From Acidimicrobiia bacterium (GTDB taxonomy: Bacteria; Actinomycetota; Acidimicrobiia; Spongiisociales; UBA5794), in NCBI GenBank assembly GCA_036447125.1, contig JAZFUH010000056.1, positions 1 through 26,107 on the forward strand: a DNA stretch of 26,107 nucleotides, read 5' to 3'. Positions 17,071 through 25,450 of this stretch are shown here, piece by piece. The translations under genes and the position numbers were made by a program. A model generated the notes under the pieces. That model was not told the DNA's origin. It did no database searches and saw nothing but the letters and a program-made list of their open reading frames with translations. Each line of letters begins with the position of its first letter. The first letter of the stretch is position 1.

Positions 17071-18311
17071 CCGAACCGAAGCCATTCGAGCCAACGAACA
17101 TGCCGATCGGCGTGCTGACCGCGGCGCTTCAGGAACTGACACCGCGCGAACTGCGCGATCCGGATCCAGACCTGGCTATCGAAGATTGGCTGTCGTTCGC
17201 AGCCGACCTCGGGGCGGACGAGATCGAACTCTCCGCTGCACTCCATCCGTCGCTCGCAGATGTTCCGCCTGAGGCCATGCTCGATCCCGTCGCGAACACA
17301 CTCGACCTGAGGGAGCCGTTCAACGAAGCGCGGGCCAAACGGGTTCTCGACGCCGTCGACGCGACTGGCGTCGAGATCGCAGACGTCGCCTATTTCGACG
17401 ACCTCCTCCACGAGGATCCAGCCATCAGGGCGAGCAAACAAGAGTTCATGATCGGTGTCATGGACGCTGCTGTGCTGCTCGGCGCGCCTGCCGTGTGCGG
17501 CTTCGTCGGGCGCGACCAGTCCAAGTCGCTTGAGGAGAACCTCATCGAGTTCGAGGAAGGCTTCCTCCCGCTCCTACAGGCTGCAAAGGATCGGGGCCTG
17601 CAGTACCGGGTGGAGCAGTGCCCCATGCCAGGTTGGAACCCGAGCGATAACTTCATCAACAACATCGGGTACGTGCCTGGCATGTGGATCGCTCTGTACA
17701 AGATTGCTGAGCGCCGCGGACTCGGCGACCAGTTCCGCATCCACTATGACCCCTCCCACTCGATCCTCATGGGCCAGGACACGCGATCGATGTTCCAATA
17801 CCTGAAGGACGAGGGGTTCCCATTTCTGATCGGCGGCATGCACGTCAAAGGACAGGTCATCGACTCGAAGGGTATCTCGGGCTGGGGCTACGGAGGCCAG
17901 ACGGTCGGCCGTGGCGATTGGGTCGATGGCAAGGTCTCGGACAACCCGGCGGATCTGGCGAACGCATGGCTGGTCCAGACGAGTATCTCGGAGCACGAAC
18001 TCCCGGGCACGGCGAAGCACGATCCGTTGGCGTACCTGCAGAACCGCTCGGTCGACTGGCTCGACCACCAGCTCGCAGCCCGCGAGCTGCTCGAAGCCGA
18101 CTTCTCGAAGATGCCGCTGATCGTCGAACACGAGTACCCAAGCGCACGCGTACAGGACAAGGATCTCTTGGCACCGATTCTTCAGGGTTCGATCGCGTTC
18201 ACGAGACACATCGACGAGGCCGCCGCAGCAATGTACGCACTACAGAACGAGGTCCTCGCATCGCAGAACATCCCCGTCCAGGGGGTCGGTAGGGAGGCCT
18301 ACCGCAGCTGA
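17067..18311 (+). CDS. Sugar phosphate isomerase/epimerase (AP-endonuclease-2/xylose isomerase-like TIM barrel), long 414 aa form
   Basis: [19 protein letters not shown] and IVEHE metal-binding-type motifs; ATGA coupling to the Gfo/Idh/MocA gene. Confidence 0.85.
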   Translation: MTEPKPFEPTNMPIGVLTAALQELTPRELRDPDPDLAIEDWLSFAADLGADEIELSAALHPSLADVPPEAMLDPVANTLDLREPFNEARAKRVLDAVDATGVEIADVAYFDDLLHEDPAIRASKQEFMIGVMDAAVLLGAPAVCGFVGRDQSKSLEENLIEFEEGFLPLLQAAKDRGLQYRVEQCPMPGWNPSDNFINNIGYVPGMWIALYKIAERRGLGDQFRIHYDPSHSILMGQDTRSMFQYLKDEGFPFLIGGMHVKGQVIDSKGISGWGYGGQTVGRGDWVDGKVSDNPADLANAWLVQTSISEHELPGTAKHDPLAYLQNRSVDWLDHQLAARELLEADFSKMPLIVEHEYPSARVQDKDLLAPILQGSIAFTRHIDEAAAAMYALQNEVLASQNIPVQGVGREAYRS

Positions 18312-18363
18312 ACAGCGGGAGTACGAGCATCGGCGTGCGCGGACGCGCCAGGAAGGGACAGAT

Positions 18364-19569
18364 ATGAGCGCGGTCTACGTGATCGGGACGGGTGACACCA
18401 AGTCGGAGGAACTCAAGTACATCAAGTCTGTAATCGAGGCGAGAGGCGTCGAAGCTGTATTCGTCGATGTCGGTACGTCCAACCACGAGTCGACGGCCGA
18501 CGTCATACCAGACGAAGTTGCGGCGTATCACCCCAATGGGCCAGACGCCGTTCGATCGGACGACCGGGGTAAAGCGATCGGAGCGATGGCTGTGGCCCTT
18601 GAGGCCTACGTCAAGGCCAACGAGGACGATGTCGCAGGCATCATCGGCGCAGGCGGCTCTGGCGGGACCTCGCTCGTCACACCTGCGATGCGGGCGCTCC
18701 CCGTGGGTGTCCCCAAGGTGATGGTCTCGACGGTCGCGTCGGCCAATGTCGCACCATACGTGGGGCCAGCGGACATTGCCATGATCTACTCAGTCACCGA
18801 TGTCGCCGGCCTCAACCGGATCACCCGTCAGGTGCTCGGGAACGCTGCAAACGCCATCGCAGGGATGGCGGCGAATCCGATCCCGCCCTCCGACTCGGAC
18901 CTTCCCGCCGTCGGGTTGACGATGTTCGGCGTCACGACGCTGCTCGTGACGGGCCTGGCAGAGCGGCTCAGTGATACCTACGACCCGCTGGTCTTCCACG
19001 CGACAGGCACGGGCGGGAAGTCGATGGAGAAACTCACCGATTCCGGGATGCTGCGTGCCGTCCTCGACATGACCACCACAGAGATCGCAGACCACCTGGT
19101 CGGCGGCGTGTTCCCTTCCGGTCCCGACCGAATGGACGTCATCGCCCGGACGAAAATCCCGTACGTGGGCTCCGTTGGTGCGGTCGACATGGTGAATTTC
19201 GGAGCGATCGAGACGGTGCCGCCACAGTTCGCTGATCGGAACCTTCTCGTCCACAACCCGCAGGTCACGCTCATGAGGACCACGGTCGAGGAGAATGTCG
19301 CCGTCGGCGAGTTCATTGCACGGAAGCTGAACGCGTGCAACGGGCCGGTGCGCTTCCTGCTGCCGGAGGGCGGCGTGAGCCTCATCGATGCCGAAGGCCA
19401 ACCATTCCACGATCCCGAAGCCGATGAAGCACTCTTCGCCGCCATCGAAGCGAATGTGGACCAGACGGCCGACCGCGTAGTGATGCGGGTGCCAGCGAAC
19501 ATCAACGACGAGACATTCATCGATGCCGTCATGGCCTGTTTCGATGACGTGATGAAGGGAGCAAACTGA
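18364..19569 (+). CDS. Tm-1-like ATP-binding domain protein (UPF0261)
   Basis: N-terminal [81 protein letters not shown]. Confidence 0.93.
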   Translation: MSAVYVIGTGDTKSEELKYIKSVIEARGVEAVFVDVGTSNHESTADVIPDEVAAYHPNGPDAVRSDDRGKAIGAMAVALEAYVKANEDDVAGIIGAGGSGGTSLVTPAMRALPVGVPKVMVSTVASANVAPYVGPADIAMIYSVTDVAGLNRITRQVLGNAANAIAGMAANPIPPSDSDLPAVGLTMFGVTTLLVTGLAERLSDTYDPLVFHATGTGGKSMEKLTDSGMLRAVLDMTTTEIADHLVGGVFPSGPDRMDVIARTKIPYVGSVGAVDMVNFGAIETVPPQFADRNLLVHNPQVTLMRTTVEENVAVGEFIARKLNACNGPVRFLLPEGGVSLIDAEGQPFHDPEADEALFAAIEANVDQTADRVVMRVPANINDETFIDAVMACFDDVMKGAN

Positions 19570-20414
19570 TGCGGATACCCCGTGCAGAGATCATGGGTCG
19601 ATTCCACGACATGATAAAGAGGAAGGAACCGATCGTCGGCGGTGGGGCAGGAACGGGGCTCTCTGCGAAGTGGGAGGAGGCAGGGGGGATCGACCTCATC
19701 GTCATCTACAACTCGGGCCGCTACCGGATGGCAGGCAGGGGTTCGTTGGCGGGACTGCTCGCGTATGGCAACGCCAACGAGATCGTCGTTGATATGGCCT
19801 CCGAGGTGCTCCCGGTCGTCAAGCACACACCGGTCCTTGCCGGCGTCAACGGGACCGACCCCTTCTACCAGCCAGAGGTGCTCCTCCCAGAGTTGACAAG
19901 GATCGGCTTCTCCGGCGTCCAGAACTTTCCAACTGTGGGGTTGATAGACGGAGTGTTCCGACAGAACCTCGAGGAGACAGGCATGGGATACGGTCTTGAG
20001 GTCGAGATGATCGGGGTCGCAGCCAACCTGGACATGCTGACCACGCCGTACGCGTTCAGCGAGGAGGATGCCATTGCGATGACCGAGGCCGGAGCCGACA
20101 TCATCGTGTGCCACATGGGGCTGACAACCGGAGGCAGTATCGGCGCTGAGACAGCCGCGAACCTCGATGACTGCGTCGAGAAGATCGACGCATGGTCGGC
20201 CGCGGCACGGTCGGTGAGGGATGATGTCATAGTGCTGTGCCATGGTGGCCCGATCGCGATGCCAGCCGACGCCTCGTACGTTCTCAACCGGTCCAAGAAA
20301 ATCGACGGCTTCTATGGTGCGTCGAGCATGGAACGAATACCGACCGAGCAGGCGCTCAAATCACAGACAGAGGCCTTCAAGGCCATCGCGTTCTCAGGAG
20401 GGACGGAATCATGA
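19569..20414 (+). CDS. Phosphoenolpyruvate-hydrolase-like TIM barrel (PF09370, C-terminal domain of plant Tm-1)
   Basis: [83 protein letters not shown]; TGATG coupling. Confidence 0.93.
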   Translation: MRIPRAEIMGRFHDMIKRKEPIVGGGAGTGLSAKWEEAGGIDLIVIYNSGRYRMAGRGSLAGLLAYGNANEIVVDMASEVLPVVKHTPVLAGVNGTDPFYQPEVLLPELTRIGFSGVQNFPTVGLIDGVFRQNLEETGMGYGLEVEMIGVAANLDMLTTPYAFSEEDAIAMTEAGADIIVCHMGLTTGGSIGAETAANLDDCVEKIDAWSAAARSVRDDVIVLCHGGPIAMPADASYVLNRSKKIDGFYGASSMERIPTEQALKSQTEAFKAIAFSGGTES

Positions 20415-20815
20415 CATTCATGCCATCAAGCGGAGTGGAGACGACCGAGTTCGAGTGGGGTTCGATCGGGTGGCTGGCGCGACCCGACAACGTGCCGGAA
20501 TGCACCGGCATGTGCGCCCTCGACGTCCGCCTCAACCCCGGTCAGGCCCACGACTTCCACACCCATCCGGATCAGGAAGAGATGATCATAATCAAGAGCG
20601 GTTCGGTCGAGCAGTGGATCGACGGCAAGAAGATGCGCCTCAACGCTGGCGACGCATGCTTCATTCCGAAGAACATCGTTCATGCGAGTTTCGTCGACGA
20701 AGATGCAGACGAACCTGCACTGATCCTCGTCGTGCTGTCGCCGAGCCACGGTGACGAGGGGTACTACGCCCACGATATGTCAACCGAGGAGCCGTGGGCG
20801 TCGATACGTTCGTAG
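20411..20815 (+). CDS. Cupin domain metalloprotein
   Basis: [11 protein letters not shown] and [12 protein letters not shown] cupin motifs 1 and 2; ATG 20411 overlaps the TIM-barrel stop (ATGA) with GGAGG SD. Confidence 0.92.
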   Translation: MTFMPSSGVETTEFEWGSIGWLARPDNVPECTGMCALDVRLNPGQAHDFHTHPDQEEMIIIKSGSVEQWIDGKKMRLNAGDACFIPKNIVHASFVDEDADEPALILVVLSPSHGDEGYYAHDMSTEEPWASIRS

Positions 20816-20866
20816 GACATCAACCCACCGACCAGGATCTTCACATCCAGAACGGGAGGGCACCGC

Positions 20867-20974
20867 ATGCGGGTCGACCAGCACCGGGTGCCGCCCAACC
20901 CGCTTCTGGGGCGCCTTTCCGGCCGAATTTCCCCTACGATGCAGATCTCCGCTGGGTCCGAACGAGGACGCTAG
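20867..20974 (+). CDS. Possible 35 aa small protein or gene remnant (MRVDQHRVPPNPLLGRLSGRISPTMQISAGSERGR)
   Basis: GGGAGG SD just upstream of ATG 20867; fills the gap between cupin and EthD; no recognisable homology. Confidence 0.25.
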   Translation: MRVDQHRVPPNPLLGRLSGRISPTMQISAGSERGR

Positions 20975-20996
20975 CCTGAACAAGAAACGGAGCCCC

Positions 20997-21302
20997 ATGC
21001 TCAAGCTCATCTCCCTCCTCAAACGTGCGGATGGGATCTCCAAGGACGAGTTCCGCACTTGGGTCACGGAGGACCACGCCCCCTTTGCAAAGGCCCTGCC
21101 CGGCCTGCGGAGGTACGTCGTGAACGTGACCGTCGACGACGACGAGTTTCCGTACGACGCCGTCAACGAGATGTGGTTCGACAGCGAGGAAGCACGGGCT
21201 GCGGCCTTTGCGAGCGACGCAGGAGCGGCCGCAGGAGGCGACGCCGCCGCACATGCGTCCGACCGCGTACATCTCAAGATGACCGAGTACGTCCAGTTCT
21301 AG
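20997..21302 (+). CDS. EthD family dimeric alpha/beta-barrel protein
   Basis: MLKLISLLKRADGISKDEF...HAPFAKALPGLRRYVVN...YDAVNEMWFDS; GGAG SD before ATG 20997. Confidence 0.88.
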   Translation: MLKLISLLKRADGISKDEFRTWVTEDHAPFAKALPGLRRYVVNVTVDDDEFPYDAVNEMWFDSEEARAAAFASDAGAAAGGDAAAHASDRVHLKMTEYVQF

Positions 21303-22142
21303 ATGACGAGCATCGCCGACCTCGCGGACGGCCTTGCCGCTGAGCGGTACGTCGCCGATCGAGGCCTCCTCACGGCGATTCGGCTAGCGCTCAAGCTCGG
21401 CCGTCCTCTGTTGCTCGAAGGGGAGCCAGGGGTCGGCAAGACGGATCTGGCGCGTGCGCTTGCGGGCGTGGTCGGCAGGGAACTCATCCGGCTCCAGTGT
21501 TACGAGGGCCTTGACTCTGTCCACGCCCTCTACGAGTGGAACTACCCAAAGCAGCTCCTCGCCGCCCGTGCGGGAGACTCCGTACCATCGCATATATACG
21601 GCGATGAGTTCCTCCTTGAGCGGCCGCTACTGCAGACGCTGCGCTCCGAGGACGGCGCGGTGCTCCTAATCGACGAGATCGACCGCTCCGACGAACCATT
21701 CGAGGCGTTCCTGTTGGAGTTCCTCAGCGAGTTTCAGGTGACGATTCCCGAGCGCGGGACGATCGAGGCAACCGTAACGCCGATCGTCGTCCTGACCTCG
21801 AACCGGACGAGGGAACTCCACGACGCCCTGAAGCGTCGGTGCCTTTATCACTGGATCGACCTTCCTGGCGCGGAACGCGAGCGCGAAATCTTGCAGCTCC
21901 AGGTGCCAGGGATCGGCAAGGATGCTGCCGCTCACGTAGTCGCAGCGGTCAGGAACATCAGGGACAGGAAGCTGATCAAGCCACCGGGCCTCGCCGAGTC
22001 GATCGAGTGGGCAAGGGGCGCCATGGTCCTCGAGTCCGATGGGGAAGCGTGGCCCGCAGCTCTGAGGCGGTCCCTGGGACTCCTCCTCAAGGAGCGAGAG
22101 GACATTCTCTCGATCGAGGATCTCACCCTCGACGCCGTCTGA
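21303..22142 (+). CDS. coxD: MoxR-family AAA+ ATPase (CoxD-like)
   Basis: LLLEGEPGVGKT Walker A, LIRLQCYEGLD...ALYEWNY, LLIDEIDRSD Walker B, LTSNRTRELHDALKRRC. Confidence 0.92.
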   Translation: MTSIADLADGLAAERYVADRGLLTAIRLALKLGRPLLLEGEPGVGKTDLARALAGVVGRELIRLQCYEGLDSVHALYEWNYPKQLLAARAGDSVPSHIYGDEFLLERPLLQTLRSEDGAVLLIDEIDRSDEPFEAFLLEFLSEFQVTIPERGTIEATVTPIVVLTSNRTRELHDALKRRCLYHWIDLPGAEREREILQLQVPGIGKDAAAHVVAAVRNIRDRKLIKPPGLAESIEWARGAMVLESDGEAWPAALRRSLGLLLKEREDILSIEDLTLDAV

Positions 22143-22143
22143 C

Positions 22144-23319
22144 ATGGGGGAACAGGCAGAGGCGCATCTCCATCTGCTGATCCGGTCCCTGCGGGCGGTG
22201 GGTCTATCGATCCCACCCCAGAAGGCGCTCGACTTCCTCCTTGGCCTCACCGCCACTCACCTCACCGATGTCGACGACATCTACTGGGTGGGCCGCGTGA
22301 CCCTCGTGTCGAACGCCGAGGACATCCACCGATTCGATGAAGTCTTTCGACTCTGGTGCTCCGACACCATCACGCTGATCGACGAGTCGGCGATCGTCGA
22401 CGAGGAGAGCGAGGCGACAACCCTGATGGCGGGGTTCAAGGACGACTCGCCCGAGCTCGCGTTCGACGATGGCACGGGCAAGGATGCCAGTGGACACGAG
22501 CTGCTCGGGCGGCGCCTGTTCGGGAGGACACCACGCTCGGTACGCAAGCAATGTTCGGCGATCTCGGATGCCGCTCGGGTTGCCGTTCCTCAGATCAGGA
22601 TACGTCGGCTACGCCGTTCACACCGAGGACACGAACTCGACCTGCGACGGACCCTTGCCACGGCCCTTGGCAGCGACGGTGAGATCATAGACCTGTGTTT
22701 CCGGACCGCGCCGAAACGCCCCCGTCGCATGCTGATCCTGATCGATGTCTCGGGATCGCTCAAGGCGAACAGCGCCGACTACATACGGTTCGCCCACGCG
22801 GTTGTTCGGGGCACGGACCGCTGTGAGGTATTCACCTTCGGTACGAGGCTCACACAGGTGACGCCAGCGCTGCGTAACGATGATGTCGACGACTCCCTGG
22901 AGGCGCTTGCGGATCTGGTCCTCGATTTCGACGGCGGGACGAAGATCGGCCAAGCACTCGACACCCTGCTGTCGTCGAGCAGGTGGCGAACGCTCGCATC
23001 TGGGGCAGAGGTCATCGTCCTGTCTGACGGACTCGAGACAGGGTCACCCGATCTCATCCGGTCGACGGTCGAACGCCTGTCAAGAGTGGCGCATCGACTG
23101 ATCTGGCTCACCCCGCTGGCCTCGTCGGAGGAATTTGCGCCCGCCACACGGGCGATGGTGGCGATCGAGCCGTTCCTCGACCGCATTGGCTCCAGCGGAT
23201 CGCTCGCCGAGCTCCATGCGGAACTGGTCAACGTCGCCCATCTCGAGCACCGTCCGAGACGAAGGGCGAGCGCCCAGACTTCGTATCGGCTGCCCGATCC
23301 AGAGGCCGTCACCCCATGA
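22144..23319 (+). CDS. coxE: VWA domain protein (CoxE-like)
   Basis: LDLRRTL, LIDVSGSL (MIDAS), EVFTFGTRLT, DFDGGTKIG, VLSDGLETG, LIWLTPL; directly follows the CoxD-like gene. Confidence 0.9.
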   Translation: MGEQAEAHLHLLIRSLRAVGLSIPPQKALDFLLGLTATHLTDVDDIYWVGRVTLVSNAEDIHRFDEVFRLWCSDTITLIDESAIVDEESEATTLMAGFKDDSPELAFDDGTGKDASGHELLGRRLFGRTPRSVRKQCSAISDAARVAVPQIRIRRLRRSHRGHELDLRRTLATALGSDGEIIDLCFRTAPKRPRRMLILIDVSGSLKANSADYIRFAHAVVRGTDRCEVFTFGTRLTQVTPALRNDDVDDSLEALADLVLDFDGGTKIGQALDTLLSSSRWRTLASGAEVIVLSDGLETGSPDLIRSTVERLSRVAHRLIWLTPLASSEEFAPATRAMVAIEPFLDRIGSSGSLAELHAELVNVAHLEHRPRRRASAQTSYRLPDPEAVTP

Positions 23320-24224
23320 CCTCGCTGAAGGCGCTCCCCGTCATCGATTGCCACCACCACATATGGCGCCTCGACGATCTGCCGTGGCTGTCCGGCGAGA
23401 TCGTCCCGAGGATCTTCGGCCCGTACGAGCCGATCCAGAGGGACTACCTGATCGACGAGTACCGGGCTGAGGCACAGGCCGCCGGCGTCGGTAGGAGCGT
23501 CTACGTTCAGGTGAACTGGCCTGCGGACGGCGCGGTCGACGAGGTGCGATGGGTCAATCAGGTGGCGATGGCGACCGGATGGCCGCACGCGATCATCGGA
23601 TCGGCCGACATGTACGACCCAAGGTGTGGTGAGGTATTCGAGGAGCAGGCACGGCTCTCCTCACTCGTGCGAGGCACCAGGTTGCAGTTGCATTGGCACG
23701 AGCGCGAGCTGTATCGGTTCGCGTCGGCGCCGGACAGGATGAACGACCCCATCTTCCGGCAGAACCTCGGGTTACTCCCTGGTCTGGGTTGGCTGTTTGA
23801 GCTCCAGGTGTTCCCGTCCCAGATGGCCGAGGCCGCCCGCATGGTCGGCGACCACCCTGACACGACGTTCGTGCTGGTTCACGCCGGCATGCTCGAGAGC
23901 ACGGAGCCGGAGGCTGTGGATCGGTGGGAGAAGGGCATGGCGGCCCTCGCCGACCACGACAATGTCGTGGTCAAACTGACAGGCCTCGGCACGTTCGTCA
24001 GGCAGGTCGATTCGGGCCTCATCGGGATGATCACCGAGCGCTGTCTCGAGTTGTTCGGGCCGGACCGGTGCATGTGGGGAAGCAACTTCCCCGTCGAGAA
24101 GCTATGGACGGGATATGGGGCACTGCTCGACACCTATCGATCGTGTCTGTCCGCGTATTCCACTGACACGCAAGCAGCGGTCTTCGGGGGCACAGCGGCA
24201 CGAGTGTATGGTCTCGCTGATTGA
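23316..24224 (+). CDS. Amidohydrolase_2 family protein (COG3618-like, sugar-lactonase related), Asn variant
   Basis: IDCHHHIW metal motif, SVYVQ, VLVHAGM, VKLTG, CMWGSNFP (family usually GSDWP); ATGA coupling to coxE. Confidence 0.9.
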   Translation: MTSLKALPVIDCHHHIWRLDDLPWLSGEIVPRIFGPYEPIQRDYLIDEYRAEAQAAGVGRSVYVQVNWPADGAVDEVRWVNQVAMATGWPHAIIGSADMYDPRCGEVFEEQARLSSLVRGTRLQLHWHERELYRFASAPDRMNDPIFRQNLGLLPGLGWLFELQVFPSQMAEAARMVGDHPDTTFVLVHAGMLESTEPEAVDRWEKGMAALADHDNVVVKLTGLGTFVRQVDSGLIGMITERCLELFGPDRCMWGSNFPVEKLWTGYGALLDTYRSCLSAYSTDTQAAVFGGTAARVYGLAD

Positions 24225-24301
24225 CGGGCTGCATTCCATCCGTCCAGAGCATCGGCAGTCGCCTCGTAGCCGATCTGACTCCCGAGAACGACTCACCCAA
24301 C

Positions 24302-24321
24302 CGAACCGAAGCTTCGGTTCG
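24302..24321. terminator. Perfect 20 bp palindrome, likely hairpin terminator of the rightward operon
   Basis: CGAACCGAAGCTTCGGTTCG equals its own reverse complement; 77 bp after the last operon stop; only a short T run (GGTTTCC) follows. Confidence 0.5.
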
Positions 24322-25450
24322 CTGGTTTCCACGAACACGACGAACGGCTCAGCGACCGGTACCTCGAAGGAGATCGTACGTCCACCCGCCGATCTGCTGA
24401 AGATTGAACACTCGGTCTGGGTTACCGGCAAAGACTGAGCCCAAGGATTCGAGTCAAGCTCGAACACAGAGATCTCGCACCGGGACAGCGGGCCAGGTGT
24501 TACCGGCTCAGGGTTGTCGTCCATGACCGTCAGCTGCAGTCCATCAACTCGACCACAGCTGGGAGGTCCCACCCGCCGGTGCTAACCAGACGCATCACAG
24601 ATGATCACCACCATGCATATCCGGTTGGGTGTGTTGCTATGCGACGATGTAGATGGTGTTACACACCCTGGTCCGATGGTGGGATCACCGAGTCGAGCTG
24701 CTCATGCCAGCTCTATCTGGCGTCCACTGCACGATTCGGTGGCGTGAGTCACCCCTTGCCCTTCGCCGAGTAGAGAGGGATAATCGAATCCACATGAAGT
24801 CTGGGTGGGAGCCTGACCCAATATCCGGCTGACGCACCTTCGGACAGATAGTTCCCACATATGACAGGTGCTCTGCCAAATCTTCGTCACGATGCCACCA
24901 CCTCGTTGAATTCACCATTGACTTTGTCCCAGGTGAGAGCGTCACCTGAGACACGTTCAACAATGGCGGAGAAATCGGCGCACCGAAAGATCCTCACCGA
25001 CTGGGCGTCTCGATTCCTACCTGTAGCGGCAGTCGGCTGCGGCGGTGTGGCTTGCGGAATGGCGGCTTTGGGTATCTCTGGTGTCGTCATGCACGCAGAT
25101 GGTCCCGACGATCATCATCCGCGCAATCATCTGTCTACCAAACCGGGACAACTCCAAAACCAACAACACAGAGGGACTCCCGGACGCCGCCAGATGGGTG
25201 ACACGCACAAAGGCGGTTGCGTGTTCGCAACTCCGACAACCCGTGGTGCGCCTGAACTCTGTCGCGTGACGACACCAGTTACCACGAGCTATTCGTCGAG
25301 TTACCACAGGGTCGGAGTGGGAAGCTCCGCATTGAGGACGCACCGGTTATGCGCTAGCGGGATCAATGCGGAAGCCCGATGTGGTGGCCGGGGGTACAAG
25401 ATTCTCAAGAACGCGTCGCGGATTTGGTGCCTGTCGGGCATCCTATAGAT

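Noticed and set aside
18332-18349. GC-rich hairpin between the TIM-barrel epimerase and Tm-1-like genes
   Set aside because: A 6 bp stem with a wobble and no U tract; expected by chance at this GC.
2905-20243. Long shadow ORFs (2905..4185, 2997..3824, 4019..5188, 14240..15445, 15877..16890, 18978..20243 and similar)
   Set aside because: Antisense or off-frame readings of well-supported genes, typical of high-GC DNA; no motifs and biased composition.
18364-22142. Anti-phage defence island (Tm-1 homologue plus AAA+ ATPase)
   Set aside because: The ATPase is a CoxD/MoxR chaperone type, all neighbours are metabolic, and no nuclease, toxin or mobility gene is present.
6879-23319. Aerobic CO dehydrogenase (coxMSL order plus coxD/coxE)
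   Set aside because: The active-site loop is AMRGFG, not AYxCSFR (form I) or AYxGAGR (form II), and the large subunit is split.
24861-25448. 195 aa ORF as an intact gene
   Set aside because: No SD or family motif, and after the hydrophobic stretch the sequence looks non-protein-like; treated as part of the decayed region.
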